From contig CACBYE010000004.1 of assembly GCA_902543375.1 (NCBI GenBank), positions 5,869 to 69,868 of the forward strand: a stretch of DNA of 64,000 nt, written 5' to 3'. Below the pieces are notes generated by a model. The model made no database searches. It was not told where the DNA came from and saw nothing but the letters and a program-made list of their open reading frames with translations. Positions 25,710-37,255 of this stretch are shown here, in pieces (position 1 is the stretch's first letter; each line of letters starts with the position of its first letter). A program made the translations under genes and the position numbers. This DNA is from an uncultured Pelagibacteraceae bacterium. Lineage in GTDB: Bacteria; Pseudomonadota; Alphaproteobacteria; Pelagibacterales; Pelagibacteraceae.

Positions 25710-28376
25710 ATGGCAGACAAATCGTTAAATGAAATAAGAAGCACTTTTCTTAAATACTTCGAAAAAAATGATCATAAAATTGTTGAGTCTAGCAATTTAG
25801 TTCCAAACAACGACCCAACATTGATGTTTGCAAACTCTGGAATGGTTCAGTTTAAAAACGTTTTTACTGGTTTAGAAAAAAGAGATTATCAAAGAGCAAC
25901 CACATCACAAAAATGTGTGAGAGCAGGTGGTAAACATAATGATTTAGAAAATGTTGGTTATACACCAAGACACCATACTTTTTTTGAAATGTTGGGAAAT
26001 TTTTCTTTTGGAGATTATTTTAAAGAAAGAGGTATTGAACTCGCATGGAATTTAATTACCAAAGACTTTGGTCTGGATAAAAACAGAATTTATGTAACCG
26101 TTTTTCATGAGGACGATGAAGCCTTCAATTTTTGGAAGAAAATAGGGGGTTTTAGTGACGATAGAATAATTAGAATTTCAACATCTGATAACTTTTGGTC
26201 AATGGGGGAGACAGGACCCTGTGGACCTTGCTCAGAAATATTTTATGATCACGGAGATCATTTAAAAGGTGGATTGCCAGGAACGAAAGATCAAGATGGA
26301 GATCGTTTTATTGAAATTTGGAACCTAGTTTTCATGCAATATGAGCAAGTTTCAAAAGATAAAAGAATAGATTTACCAAAACCATCTGTCGATACAGGAA
26401 TGGGTTTAGAAAGAATTGCAGCACTTTTACAGGGTACACATGATAATTATCAAACGGATCATTTTAAGAAACTAATAAGCTCAATATCTGAATTAACCAA
26501 AGTCAAACAACAAGATAAAAATATATCCAGTTTTAGAGTGATTGCCGATCACTTAAGAGCGAGCTCATTTCTTTTAGCTGAAGGTGTTCTACCTTCAAAT
26601 GAGGGTCGTGGATATGTCCTAAGAAGAATTATGAGAAGAGGCATGAGACATTCTCATTTGTTAGGATCTAAAGAACCAATCTTTTATAAAATTTTCGATA
26701 CTTTAAAAAACGAGATGTCAGGAAATTATCCAGAGCTTGAAAGGTCTCAATCTTTAATCAAAGAGACTTTAAGAATGGAGGAGGAAAAATTTTTAGTTTT
26801 ACTAGATAGAGGTATCAAAATTTTGAATGATCAAATTGCAAAAATAGATAAAGTTTTACCTGGTGATGTAGCATTCAAATTATATGACACCTACGGTTTT
26901 CCTCTAGATCTTACAGAAGACATCTTAAAGAATAAATCATTGACAGTTGATCATAATAAATTTGATGAATTAATGATGAAAAGTAAAGAACTTGCAAAAA
27001 AGAATTGGAAAGGTTCTGGAGATAGTTCTGAGGAAGCAATATGGTTTTCAATTAAAGATAAAGCTGGTCCGACAGAATTTTTAGGTTACGAGTCTAATCA
27101 GTCTGAAGGTATCGTATTAAATTTAATTAAAAATAACAAAGAAGTAAAATCTTTATCTACCGGTGAAGAGGGCATGATTATAACTAATCAAACTCCTTTT
27201 TATGGTGAGTCAGGAGGACAAATTGGAGACAAAGGGATAATTGTTTCTGGTAATTCTATTTTTGAAGTAGAGGATACTCAAAAAAAACTTGGAGACTTAT
27301 TTGTTCATTATGGATCTTTGAAAACTGGAGAAATAAAGATTAACGACGTCATTGAAATGAAAATAGATGTTGAAAGAAGAAATAATTTAAAAGCTTATCA
27401 TTCTGCTACACACTTACTCCACGAGTCATTAAGAAGAACCTTGGGCAAACATGTTATGCAAAAAGGATCATTAGTTGCTCCAGATCGATTAAGATTTGAC
27501 TTTAGTCATATGAAACCAATTACCAATGAAGAGTTGGAGACTATTGATAAGTTGGTTAATGAATACGTCTCAAATAGTTCTGAAGTAACAACAAGAATTA
27601 TGACACCAAAAGCAGCCATTGAAAAAGGTGCGCTCGCTTTCTTTGGAGAAAAATATGGAGACGAAGTTCGTGTGGTATCTATGGGTAAGGAAAAAAAAGC
27701 ATATTTTTCAACAGAATTGTGTGGAGGAACACATGTTAAAAATACTGGTGATATTGGAAAATTTAAAACCGTAAGCCAATCATCCATTGCTGCGGGTGTT
27801 AGAAGAGTTGAAGCGCTAAGAGATAAACAACTTGAGGACTTTATTAGTAATAAAGAAAAGTTATCAACTTTATCTACTCAAAAGGATGAAGAAACTATTA
27901 AAGACTTATCATCTCAAATTATAAAACTTGGAGGCAAACCAAATGTTGATAACAAAGATTTTAAAGAAATCATAAAAAATCTTTCAAGACAACTTGAACA
28001 GCTCAACGTTAGTTCGGTTCTTCAAGATAAAACAAAAAACATTATTAAAGATCATAAGATAAATAATATAAAAGTTAGATTTCAAAAAGTACAAGATTTG
28101 CCTCCGAAAGATTTAAGAAAATTAATTGATAATGGTAAAAAAGAATTAGGTGACGGTATTGTAGTTGTTTTTGCAAGTAGTGAAGATAAGGTCGGCCTGG
28201 CAGTTGGTATTACTGATAAATTGCTCGACAAATACGATGCAGTTAGATTTGCAAAATTAGGATCAGAAACAATTGGTGGAAAAGGTGGTGGTGGTAGAAA
28301 AGATTTTGCTCAGGCAGGGGGTCAAGATAAGAGCAAAATTGATGAAGCTTTTGAAAAAATTAAATCCTTAATTTAA
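25710..28376 (+). CDS. alaS: Alanine-tRNA ligase
   Basis: [26 protein letters not shown], editing HSATH and ELCGGTH, GGKGGG. Confidence 0.99.
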   Translation: MADKSLNEIRSTFLKYFEKNDHKIVESSNLVPNNDPTLMFANSGMVQFKNVFTGLEKRDYQRATTSQKCVRAGGKHNDLENVGYTPRHHTFFEMLGNFSFGDYFKERGIELAWNLITKDFGLDKNRIYVTVFHEDDEAFNFWKKIGGFSDDRIIRISTSDNFWSMGETGPCGPCSEIFYDHGDHLKGGLPGTKDQDGDRFIEIWNLVFMQYEQVSKDKRIDLPKPSVDTGMGLERIAALLQGTHDNYQTDHFKKLISSISELTKVKQQDKNISSFRVIADHLRASSFLLAEGVLPSNEGRGYVLRRIMRRGMRHSHLLGSKEPIFYKIFDTLKNEMSGNYPELERSQSLIKETLRMEEEKFLVLLDRGIKILNDQIAKIDKVLPGDVAFKLYDTYGFPLDLTEDILKNKSLTVDHNKFDELMMKSKELAKKNWKGSGDSSEEAIWFSIKDKAGPTEFLGYESNQSEGIVLNLIKNNKEVKSLSTGEEGMIITNQTPFYGESGGQIGDKGIIVSGNSIFEVEDTQKKLGDLFVHYGSLKTGEIKINDVIEMKIDVERRNNLKAYHSATHLLHESLRRTLGKHVMQKGSLVAPDRLRFDFSHMKPITNEELETIDKLVNEYVSNSSEVTTRIMTPKAAIEKGALAFFGEKYGDEVRVVSMGKEKKAYFSTELCGGTHVKNTGDIGKFKTVSQSSIAAGVRRVEALRDKQLEDFISNKEKLSTLSTQKDEETIKDLSSQIIKLGGKPNVDNKDFKEIIKNLSRQLEQLNVSSVLQDKTKNIIKDHKINNIKVRFQKVQDLPPKDLRKLIDNGKKELGDGIVVVFASSEDKVGLAVGITDKLLDKYDAVRFAKLGSETIGGKGGGGRKDFAQAGGQDKSKIDEAFEKIKSLI

Positions 28377-29582
28377 TTTCATTTTTAAATTTTTATCAAT
28401 TTCATCTAGAAATTGATTTGTTGTTAAATACTTGCTCGACGGTCCAATTAATATAGCTAGATCTTTTGTCATCGAGCCACTTTCTACACATCCAATACAA
28501 ACTTGTTCAATAGTATTCGCAAACTTAATAAGTTCATTATTTCCATCTAATTTACCTCGATGTGCCAGGCCTCTCGTCCAGGCAAAAATTGAGGCAATAG
28601 GATTGGTTGATGTCTCTTTTCCCTGTTGGTGCATTCTATAGTGTCTTGTAACAGTCCCATGGGCAGCTTCAGCTTCCATAATTTTTCCGTCAGGTGTTAA
28701 AAGTGTACTCGTCATTAAACCTAATGATCCATAGCCTTGAGCCATGGTATCAGACTGAACATCACCATCATAATTTTTACAAGCCCAAATATATTTACCA
28801 CTCCATTTCATTGCACAAGCTACCATGTCATCAATTAATCTATGCTCATAAGTTATTTTTTCTTTTTCAAATTTTTCTTTAAATTCTTTGTTAAAGACTG
28901 CCTCAAAAATATCTTTAAATCTTCCATCATATTTTTTAAGAATAGTATTTTTTGTTGAAAGATAAACTGGCCATTTTTTTATTAATCCATAATTAAAACA
29001 AGACCTTGCAAAATCCTCGATTGACTTATCTAAGTTATACATTGAAAGTGCAACTCCTGGTCCAGTAAAATTAAATACCTCATACTTAATTTCATCCTTA
29101 CCATCTTCAGATGTCCATTTAACTTCCATCTTACCTTTGCCTGGAACTTTAAAATCAGTTGCTCTGTATTGATCTCCAAAAGCATGTCTACCAATCACCA
29201 CTGGGTCTGACCATGACGGTACTAATTTGGGGATGTTGGAACAAATAATTGGTTCTCTAAAAACAGTCCCACCGATAATATTTCTTATTGTTCCGTTTGG
29301 TGATCTCCACATTTTTTTTAAATTAAATTCATCAACTCGTGCTTCATCAGGTGTAATTGTTGCGCACTTTATACCTACACCAATTTTCTTAATTGCATTT
29401 GCAGCGTCAATTGTAATCTGGTCATCAGAGTCATCCCTGCTTTTCATTCCTAAGTCGTAATACTCAATGCCGATATCAAGATAAGGAAGGATTAATTTTT
29501 TTTTGATAAATTCCCAGATTATTCTGGTCATTTCATCACCATCTAACTCTACTATGGGGCTTTTTACAGTAATTTTGCTCAC
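28368..29582 (-). CDS. icd: NADP-dependent isocitrate dehydrogenase
   Basis: [39 protein letters not shown]. Confidence 0.98.
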   Translation of the reverse strand: MSKITVKSPIVELDGDEMTRIIWEFIKKKLILPYLDIGIEYYDLGMKSRDDSDDQITIDAANAIKKIGVGIKCATITPDEARVDEFNLKKMWRSPNGTIRNIIGGTVFREPIICSNIPKLVPSWSDPVVIGRHAFGDQYRATDFKVPGKGKMEVKWTSEDGKDEIKYEVFNFTGPGVALSMYNLDKSIEDFARSCFNYGLIKKWPVYLSTKNTILKKYDGRFKDIFEAVFNKEFKEKFEKEKITYEHRLIDDMVACAMKWSGKYIWACKNYDGDVQSDTMAQGYGSLGLMTSTLLTPDGKIMEAEAAHGTVTRHYRMHQQGKETSTNPIASIFAWTRGLAHRGKLDGNNELIKFANTIEQVCIGCVESGSMTKDLAILIGPSSKYLTTNQFLDEIDKNLKMKLN

Positions 29583-29655
29583 TTTAATTATATCTTAATA
29601 ATTGAATTTCGTAATTTTATATACATATTAATGACAAATTATCAAATAGAAGAAC

Positions 29656-30303
29656 ATGTTTAGTAAAATTTTTCCGAAAATTCACGCTGAGGGATACAAG
29701 TTCCTTGTTATTGCAGGAGTTATAACAATCATACTTTATACTTTAAGTGATTTTTTAGGTTTAATTGGTTTAGTTTTAACAATCTGGGTTTATTATTTTT
29801 TTAGAGATCCTGATAGAGTTATTATCGAAGATGACAATTATTTAGTTAGCCCTGCTGATGGTGAAATTTTAAAAGTTGAAGAGGTAGATGGTCCAAAAGA
29901 ATTAGGTTTAGAAAATAAAAAATTTAACAAAATAAGTGTTTTCATGAATGTTTTTGATTGTCATGTAAACAGAACTCCATGTGCAGGAAAAATCGAGGAA
30001 ATTTTATATAAGCCTGGAAAATTTTTTAATGCCTCTCTTGATAAAGCAAGTGAAGATAACGAGAGAAATTATTTTAAGATTAAAGATACAGATGGTAATG
30101 ATGTCATTGTAGTTCAAATAGCTGGTCTTGTTGCAAGAAGAATAGTTTGTGAGTCTAATAAAGATCAAGAATTAAAACAAGGTGATAGAATTGGAATGAT
30201 TAGATTTGGAAGTAGGGCAGATGTATATTACGAAAATTACCAACCATTAGTAAAAGTAGGTCAAAAAGCTATTTCAGGTGAAACACTATTAGCAAAAAGA
30301 TAA
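29656..30303 (+). CDS. psd: Phosphatidylserine decarboxylase proenzyme
   Basis: FFRDP, SPADG, HVNR, FGSR autocleavage motif. Confidence 0.95.
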   Translation: MFSKIFPKIHAEGYKFLVIAGVITIILYTLSDFLGLIGLVLTIWVYYFFRDPDRVIIEDDNYLVSPADGEILKVEEVDGPKELGLENKKFNKISVFMNVFDCHVNRTPCAGKIEEILYKPGKFFNASLDKASEDNERNYFKIKDTDGNDVIVVQIAGLVARRIVCESNKDQELKQGDRIGMIRFGSRADVYYENYQPLVKVGQKAISGETLLAKR

Positions 30304-31107
30304 ATGGAACAACCAAAAAATAACTTAAAGATTGTAGCAGATAAAAAAAGAGCAAGAATGATTTTACCAAACATGCTTACATTGATTGGAGTATGCATTG
30401 GTTTAACATCAATCCGATTTGCTTTAGATGGAAGATTCGAACTAGCAATTATAGCAATCCTTTTTGCAGCTTTAATTGATGGTCTAGATGGACGTATAGC
30501 AAGATTAATAAAAGGCACTTCTAAAGTTGGAAAAGAATTAGACTCACTTACTGACATGATCAGTTTTGGGGTAGCTCCAGCATTTATAATGTATTTCTGG
30601 AAACTTAACACACTAGGAAGATTTGGTTGGTTGCTTTGTTTGGTTTATGTAATTTGTGTTGCATTACGTTTAGCGAGATTTAACGTAAACTCAAACCAAG
30701 AACCTTCTTGGAGAGATAATTTTTTTGAAGGTGTTCCTTCACCTGCTGGTGGAATTTTGGTTTTAATTCCTTTAATTATTAGCTTAAGTGGATTTAATTT
30801 TATTCAATTAAACTATAATTTAATGGTGCCAATTTTTTTTATTGTAACCTCATTCTTACTCATCAGTAAATTTCCAAGTTATTCTTTTAAAAAGATAGTG
30901 ATCCCAAGAAAAACAACTATATTCCTTTTATTTGGAATTGTTTTATTTTTCGGTCTTTTATTAATTTATACTTTTAACGTAATTGCAATAAGTTCTGCTA
31001 TTTATTTGCTTTTATTACCAATAAGTTTTTTACATTTTCAAAAAATGAAGAAACAACATGAAAATGACAAAATTCAAGACGAAGATGACCTTGAAGACGT
31101 ACTTTAA
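30304..31107 (+). CDS. pssA: CDP-diacylglycerol-serine O-phosphatidyltransferase
   Basis: DGLDGRIAR...GKELDSLTD CDP-alcohol phosphotransferase motif; follows psd. Confidence 0.93.
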   Translation: MEQPKNNLKIVADKKRARMILPNMLTLIGVCIGLTSIRFALDGRFELAIIAILFAALIDGLDGRIARLIKGTSKVGKELDSLTDMISFGVAPAFIMYFWKLNTLGRFGWLLCLVYVICVALRLARFNVNSNQEPSWRDNFFEGVPSPAGGILVLIPLIISLSGFNFIQLNYNLMVPIFFIVTSFLLISKFPSYSFKKIVIPRKTTIFLLFGIVLFFGLLLIYTFNVIAISSAIYLLLLPISFLHFQKMKKQHENDKIQDEDDLEDVL

Positions 31108-32018
31108 TGAAAAAAAATGTAATTGTTTCTTTAGCAGATGCTAATTATTTTCCTTTACTAGATGAACTCATAGACTCCATTAAAAGATTTAAGGAAAGCG
31201 AAAATGTTGCGATCTGTATTTTAGATGCAGGATTAAATCAAAGTCAGATAGAAAAATTATCAGAAAAAGTAGACGAAATTAAAACTGCAGAGTGGGATAT
31301 TGAAGTACCTGATTATAAGGTTAAAGATAAAGAGTGGCTAAAAAGTCAAGTATCAAGGGCATTCCTACCTAAATATTTTCCAAGCTATGAAAAATATTTG
31401 TGGATTGATTGTGATGCTTGGGTAAATGATTGGAATTGTGTAGAGTTATATTTTAAGGCTTGCGATGATGGGAAACTTGGCATCACTCAAACAATTGGTC
31501 CCGGATATAAAGTGACTTCAAAAGTAAATTGGTTATTTGGAAAATTAGCTTTAGTAAAATCTCAAAATTTTAAACATGCTGTAAAATCAAATATTGGTTA
31601 TGCCGATGCAAGGAAATTAGCTTTTGCACCACATATCAATATTGGAGTTTTTTCGTTAGAAAAAGATTCTAAAGCATGGAGTATTTGGCAAAATAATTTA
31701 TCGAAAACTTTAAAAGCAGGTAATATTTTTGGATCTGAGGGTTTAGCTATAAATATTTCTGTTTACATTGATAATCTAGAGACTGAGTTTCTTCCCTTAA
31801 ATTGTAATTGGATCACAAGTAATTTACTTCCAAAGTACGATCAAAAACAAGGTACATTTGTTGAGCCGTATTTACCAAATTATAAAATTGGTATAATGCA
31901 TCTTGCAGCAGGTATTTGGAAAGATGGTAAGGATATGCGGGTAGATAAAAATATTAAAATTGAATTAGAAACTTTAGATAAAGATAAAATACAAAAGAGT
32001 TTAAGATATAATATTTAA
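31107..32018 (+). CDS. GT-A fold glycosyltransferase (GT8-like), unknown substrate
   Basis: ADANYF, YLWIDCD (DxD), NIGVF, IMH motifs. Confidence 0.7.
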   Translation: MKKNVIVSLADANYFPLLDELIDSIKRFKESENVAICILDAGLNQSQIEKLSEKVDEIKTAEWDIEVPDYKVKDKEWLKSQVSRAFLPKYFPSYEKYLWIDCDAWVNDWNCVELYFKACDDGKLGITQTIGPGYKVTSKVNWLFGKLALVKSQNFKHAVKSNIGYADARKLAFAPHINIGVFSLEKDSKAWSIWQNNLSKTLKAGNIFGSEGLAINISVYIDNLETEFLPLNCNWITSNLLPKYDQKQGTFVEPYLPNYKIGIMHLAAGIWKDGKDMRVDKNIKIELETLDKDKIQKSLRYNI

Positions 32019-32630
32019 TTGAAAAAAAATAAAATTTCAAAAAATTGGGTAAATAAACAAAGACGAGATATATATGTGCGTCAATCAAAAGTTGAAGGAT
32101 ATAGAGCAAGATCCGCTTATAAAATAAAAGAGATAGATGAAAAATTTAAAATATTCAAAGGTGGGATGTCAGTTGTAGACATTGGAGCAGCTCCTGGAAG
32201 TTGGTCACAGTATGTTACAAAAGTCGTTAAGAATGGAAAAATAATTTCTATTGATTTAAAAGAAATGGAAAAAATAGAAAATACAATACAAATTCAGGGT
32301 GACTTTACTTCAATCGATACTCAAAATCAGATAAAAGATTATTTTAAAAGAAAACCTGATGTAGTCATGTCCGATATGGCTGTAAACACAACTGGGATCA
32401 AAAATATTGACTCAATCCAAACTGGTGAATTATGTAAAGAAGCTATGATTTTTTCAAAAGATGTGATTTCAGAAAAGGGTTTTTTTATTTCAAAAATATT
32501 TATGGGTAGCACCTTTAATGAAATTGTCGCACTGGGAAAAAAAATTTTTAAAGAAGTTAAGGTTTTTAAACCTAAATCAAGTAGAAAAGATTCTAAAGAA
32601 AGTTTCATAGTTTGTAAAAATCTAAGATAG
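32019..32630 (+). CDS. rlmE: 23S rRNA Um2552 2'-O-methyltransferase
   Basis: YRARSAYK, DIGAAPGSW, SDMA, KPKSSR..SKE; TTG start. Confidence 0.95.
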   Translation: MKKNKISKNWVNKQRRDIYVRQSKVEGYRARSAYKIKEIDEKFKIFKGGMSVVDIGAAPGSWSQYVTKVVKNGKIISIDLKEMEKIENTIQIQGDFTSIDTQNQIKDYFKRKPDVVMSDMAVNTTGIKNIDSIQTGELCKEAMIFSKDVISEKGFFISKIFMGSTFNEIVALGKKIFKEVKVFKPKSSRKDSKESFIVCKNLR

Positions 32631-32667
32631 TTTCTTTTAATTTGAGAGGAATCGTATATAAATGATT

Positions 32668-33744
32668 ATGGTTCCTATAAAAGAAGCACTTACCTTTGAT
32701 GATGTAACTTTAGCGCCCAAGTACTCTGAGATTTTACCATCAGAAGTTGACACCAGCATCAAACTTACAAATTATTTAAAATTAGATATTCCTCTCTTAT
32801 CTTCAGCAATGGATACTGTTACTGAAAGTAAGATGGCAATTGCAATAGCAAAAGCGGGTGGAATTGGAATTATTCATAGAAATTTAGATATAAAAAAACA
32901 AATTCTCGAAATTAAAAAAGTAAAAAAACAAAAACTATTAGTGGGTGCCGCTGTTGGAGCAGGACCTAGTGAACTTAAAAGAGCAGAGTCAATTTTAAGA
33001 GAAAAAACTGATATGATTGTAGTTGATACTGCCCATGGACACACAAAAAAAGTTTCAGAAATAATAAAGTTTATTAAAAAAAAAAAAGATAAAAAAACCG
33101 CCCTTTGTGCTGGCAATATTGCTACACCCTCTGCAGCAAAATTTTTGTTGAAGCTTGGTGTTGATGTCATAAAAGTTGGAATAGGACCAGGATCAATATG
33201 TACTACAAGATTAGTCGCAGGTATTGGTGTTCCACAACTTAGTGCAATATTAGAAGTTAGAAATGGAATAAAAAATAAAAATGTAAAGATTATTTCCGAT
33301 GGTGGAATAAAATATTCAGGTGATCTAGCAAAAGCGTTTGCTGCAGGAGCAGATGCAGTTATGATAGGCTCATTGTTTGCAGGGACAGATGAGGCACCAG
33401 GTAAATTGATTAAGAGAAATGGTAAACTCTTTAAAAATTTTAGAGGCATGGGTTCAGTTGGTGCTATGAACAAAGGATCTGCTGATCGCTACTTTCAATC
33501 AAGACAAAAAGATATATCTAAATACGTTCCTGAGGGGGTTGAAGGATTTGCGAAATATAAAGGTAAAGTTGGCAATATAATTTTCAAATTAGTTGGTGGA
33601 TTACGATCTTCTATGGGATACCTAGGATCAAGACAAATCAAATATTTAAGAGATAAACCACAGTTTGTTAAAATAACAAAAGCTGGTTTTTATGAAAGTA
33701 TGGTTCATAATGTTGATGTAATCAAAAGCGATAATAAATATTAA
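32668..33744 (+). CDS. guaB: IMP dehydrogenase lacking CBS subdomain
   Basis: LTFDDV, SSAMDTVTE, GIGPGSICTTR, FRGMGS, PEGVEG; alternative start 32662. Confidence 0.95.
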   Translation: MVPIKEALTFDDVTLAPKYSEILPSEVDTSIKLTNYLKLDIPLLSSAMDTVTESKMAIAIAKAGGIGIIHRNLDIKKQILEIKKVKKQKLLVGAAVGAGPSELKRAESILREKTDMIVVDTAHGHTKKVSEIIKFIKKKKDKKTALCAGNIATPSAAKFLLKLGVDVIKVGIGPGSICTTRLVAGIGVPQLSAILEVRNGIKNKNVKIISDGGIKYSGDLAKAFAAGADAVMIGSLFAGTDEAPGKLIKRNGKLFKNFRGMGSVGAMNKGSADRYFQSRQKDISKYVPEGVEGFAKYKGKVGNIIFKLVGGLRSSMGYLGSRQIKYLRDKPQFVKITKAGFYESMVHNVDVIKSDNKY

Positions 33745-34181
33745 TGAAAAAAATTTTTAAAATAACAGTTCTGTTCTACTTTTTAATTAATTCTTCTAAT
33801 TTTTCTTTGAGCAGTGAAAATTTTTTCAATAAAGGACTAGAACTTTATAAAAAAGAAAAGTTTGAAGATGCTCGATTTATGTTTGAAAGAAGTATTGTAT
33901 TTAACCCAAAACATTCTAATTCATATTTGTATTTAGCTAAAATTTACAATAAGGAAAAAAATCAAAAGAAAGAGGAGAAAAATTTAGAGGCAACCCTATT
34001 AATCGAACCAAGCAATGAAGAAGCAATATTAATGTTAATGAACATTGCATTGGAGAAATCAAATTATTCTCAAGTAAAGAAATTATCAGAAGACTTTGTT
34101 AAAGTTTGCAAAAATTTATGTGATAAAAATAAAAGTATCTTAGAGTCTTTAGCAAACTTAGAACCAAAAAATGAGTCTTGA
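33744..34181 (+). CDS. Exported TPR-repeat protein
   Basis: Signal-like N-terminus, TPR-like helical repeats. Confidence 0.75.
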   Translation: MKKIFKITVLFYFLINSSNFSLSSENFFNKGLELYKKEKFEDARFMFERSIVFNPKHSNSYLYLAKIYNKEKNQKKEEKNLEATLLIEPSNEEAILMLMNIALEKSNYSQVKKLSEDFVKVCKNLCDKNKSILESLANLEPKNES

Positions 34182-35733
34182 TCAAAATTTGAATAAAATT
34201 TTAATTGTCGATTTTGGCTCACAATTTACACAACTAATAGCCAGAAGGGTAAGAGAATTAGGAATATTTTCTGAGATTGTAAGTCATAAAAAAATTAAGA
34301 ATAAAGATATTAATTTCAAGGTTAAAGGTATTATCTTATCTGGAGGTCCACTTAATGTTTATCAAATTAATAGATATTCATTCGATAAAAGAATAATTCA
34401 AAAAGGAGTTCCTGTCCTAGGAATTTGTTTCGGACATCAAATAATTTCCAAAATTAATGGCGGAAAAGTAAAACAGTCAAAATATAGAGAATTTGGTTTA
34501 GCTAATATTTCAAAAAAAAATAATAGTCTTTTAATCAAAAACTTTTTTAAGAAAAAAAAATTTATTAAAGTTTGGATGAGTCATGCTGATCAAGTTTCAA
34601 GATTACCCAAAAATTTTAAGGTAATTGCATCAAGTGAAAATTCCAAATATGCAGTAGTTGAAAACAAGTTAAAAAATTATTATGGGGTTCAATTTCATCC
34701 AGAAGTAACACATACAGAAAACGGAAAAAAATTAATAAGTAATTTTATATTTTTGATATGCAAAATGAAAAAAAATTGGTCCTCTAAAGATCAAAAAATT
34801 AAATTGATAAATGATGTTAAAGAAATGGTTGGAGATAATAAAGTTATTTGTGCTTTATCAGGTGGAGTAGACAGCAGCGTGGTTGCGCAGTTGTTAAATA
34901 AAGCAATTGGTAAAAAGTTACACTGTATTTTTGTTAATACTGGTCTCTTAAGAAAAGACGAGGAAAAACAAGTTGTAGCTACATTTAAAAAAAGACTAAA
35001 GATTAATCTTACTTATGTGAATGCAGAAAAAGAGTTTATAAGAAAATTATCAAACATTTCGGATCCTGAAAAAAAAAGAAAGATAATAGGAAACCTATTT
35101 ATAAAAATATTTGAGCGGTATGCCAAAAAAATTGAAAATGTAAAATTTTTAGCTCAAGGCACACTTTATCCAGACTTAATAGAAAGTAGATCCGTTACAG
35201 GCAGTCAAACCTCAAAAATAAAATCTCACCATAATGTCGGTGGCTTACCCAAAAAAATGAAACTTAAACTAGTAGAGCCATTAAAATTTTTATTCAAAGA
35301 TGAAGTAAGAAAATTAGGATTAGAATTAAACTTGAGTAGAGAAATAATTTCTCGACACCCTTTTCCTGGACCTGGACTAGCGATAAGAATGCCAGGAATT
35401 ATTACTAAAGAAAAAATAAATATTTTAAAAGAAGCTGATCACTATTTTATTCAAGCCTTGAGAGATCACAATTTATATCACAAAATTTGGCAAGCTTATG
35501 CCGCATTACTTCCAGTGAAAACAGTTGGAGTAATGGGCGATAATAGAACTTATGAATATCTGTGTTTACTTAGAGCAATAACCTCAGAGGATGGCATGAC
35601 CGCAGATTTTTATGAATTTAAAAAATCATTTATACAAGAAATTTCAAATAAAATAGTGAATAGTATTAGAGGAATTAATAGAGTAGTTTACGATATAACT
35701 TCGAAACCACCGAGTACAATCGAATTAGAGTAA
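34171..35733 (+). CDS. guaA: GMP synthase (glutamine-hydrolyzing)
   Basis: [36 protein letters not shown]. Confidence 0.98.
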   Translation: MSLDQNLNKILIVDFGSQFTQLIARRVRELGIFSEIVSHKKIKNKDINFKVKGIILSGGPLNVYQINRYSFDKRIIQKGVPVLGICFGHQIISKINGGKVKQSKYREFGLANISKKNNSLLIKNFFKKKKFIKVWMSHADQVSRLPKNFKVIASSENSKYAVVENKLKNYYGVQFHPEVTHTENGKKLISNFIFLICKMKKNWSSKDQKIKLINDVKEMVGDNKVICALSGGVDSSVVAQLLNKAIGKKLHCIFVNTGLLRKDEEKQVVATFKKRLKINLTYVNAEKEFIRKLSNISDPEKKRKIIGNLFIKIFERYAKKIENVKFLAQGTLYPDLIESRSVTGSQTSKIKSHHNVGGLPKKMKLKLVEPLKFLFKDEVRKLGLELNLSREIISRHPFPGPGLAIRMPGIITKEKINILKEADHYFIQALRDHNLYHKIWQAYAALLPVKTVGVMGDNRTYEYLCLLRAITSEDGMTADFYEFKKSFIQEISNKIVNSIRGINRVVYDITSKPPSTIELE

Positions 35734-36513
35734 ATGAATAAAAAGATAAAAAAAATTCTTAATAAAAAGAATAAATCAAAAATTGTTTGTCTAACAGCAT
35801 ACTCAAAAAATGTTGCCTCCATTTTGGATAAACATTGTGATTTAGTATTAGTTGGAGATTCATTAGGATCAGTTTTGTATAACTTTAATTCCACTAAGCA
35901 AGTAACTTTGGAAACTATGATTAATCACTCTAAAAGTGTCAGACTTGGCATCAAGAAATCATTAATGGTCGTTGATATGCCATATAATACATATCGAAAT
36001 CCAAGTGAGGCCTTGAAGAATTCAAGGACAGTTATGAAAGAAACGAAATGTGATGCTGTCAAATTAGAGGGAGGAAAAAAGATAATTCCCATGGTTAAAA
36101 AATTGGTAAAAAATAAAATACCAGTGATGGGGCATGTTGGAATATTACCTCAGACAGATAAAAAATTTACCTTTAAAGGAAAGAAACTTAGTGAAAGTAA
36201 GAGATTGTTAAATGATACTAGACTTTTAGAAAATGCTGGAGTTTTTTCAATTGTGTTAGAGTGCGTAGAAACAAAGTTATCAAAGAAAATTTCAAATCAT
36301 ATTAATATCCCAACAATAGGGATTGGTTCCTCAGTTAATTGCGATGGTCAAGTTTTGGTAATAGATGATTTAATTGGTTTAAGTCAAAGCAAATTAAAAT
36401 TTGTAAAAAAATTTGTTGATATTACAAAACTAATTGAAATTGGGGTGAAAAAATATAAATCAGAGGTATTAAATAAACAGTTTCCAAAAGCTAAACATTC
36501 TTTTTTAAAATGA
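35734..36513 (+). CDS. panB: 3-methyl-2-oxobutanoate hydroxymethyltransferase
   Basis: LTAY, LVGDS, DMPY, VKLEGG, GHVG, TIGIG, DGQVLV. Confidence 0.93.
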   Translation: MNKKIKKILNKKNKSKIVCLTAYSKNVASILDKHCDLVLVGDSLGSVLYNFNSTKQVTLETMINHSKSVRLGIKKSLMVVDMPYNTYRNPSEALKNSRTVMKETKCDAVKLEGGKKIIPMVKKLVKNKIPVMGHVGILPQTDKKFTFKGKKLSESKRLLNDTRLLENAGVFSIVLECVETKLSKKISNHINIPTIGIGSSVNCDGQVLVIDDLIGLSQSKLKFVKKFVDITKLIEIGVKKYKSEVLNKQFPKAKHSFLK

Positions 36514-37253
36514 AGCTGAGCAAGATAGAGCCAAAATTTTTAAAAAACAAAAATTTAAGAATAGGATTAATCACCCTTGCTAGTGATTTTAGGATTGAAA
36601 AAGACTTTAATAATATAATTCATGGAAAGAATATAGATTTATATTGCAATAGAATAAATTGCTATAATCCGCTTACAAACGAGACATTAAAAAAAATGGC
36701 GGACGATATTCCAGAAGTTACAAAAAATATCTTACCAGATCAGGAATTAGATTGTGTTGCATATGGATGTACATCGGGAACAATTGCCTCAGGTTATCAA
36801 TCAATTTTTGAAAAAGTTAATATAGCTAAACCTAATACAAAAGTTACAACTCCAATTACATCTGCAATTAATGCTCTAAAATTACTTAAGATAAATAAGG
36901 TGTCAATATTTACACCTTATACTGATGAGATTAATCAATCTGTTATTAATTATTTTAAAAATGAAAAAGTAGAAATTCATGAGTTATCTTATTTTGATAT
37001 AGCTTCCGATTTAGATATAGGTAAAGTTGATCCACAATATTTATTCGATGTTTTATGTAAACAGGATCTTTCCAAAAGTGATGCTTTATTTGTTTCATGC
37101 ACAGCTTTACCAGTATTGTCAATTATCAAAGATTTAGAAAAGAAAATAGGAAAGATAGTTTTATCAAGTAATCAAACATTAATATGGGATACACTTAAAC
37201 AGATAAACTATAATAACAAAGTTGAAGGTTATGGAGAATTATTTAAGAGTTAG
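36510..37253 (+). CDS. eutA: Asp/Glu racemase / maleate isomerase family protein (EutA-like)
   Basis: IGLI.LASD, YGCTSG, FTPY, VSCTAL, SSNQ; both catalytic Cys present. Confidence 0.8.
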   Translation: MKLSKIEPKFLKNKNLRIGLITLASDFRIEKDFNNIIHGKNIDLYCNRINCYNPLTNETLKKMADDIPEVTKNILPDQELDCVAYGCTSGTIASGYQSIFEKVNIAKPNTKVTTPITSAINALKLLKINKVSIFTPYTDEINQSVINYFKNEKVEIHELSYFDIASDLDIGKVDPQYLFDVLCKQDLSKSDALFVSCTALPVLSIIKDLEKKIGKIVLSSNQTLIWDTLKQINYNNKVEGYGELFKS

Positions 37254-37255
37254 TT

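Noticed and set aside
32874..33473. 199-aa antisense ORF within guaB
   Set aside because: Shadow frame of a well-conserved gene with no motif of its own.
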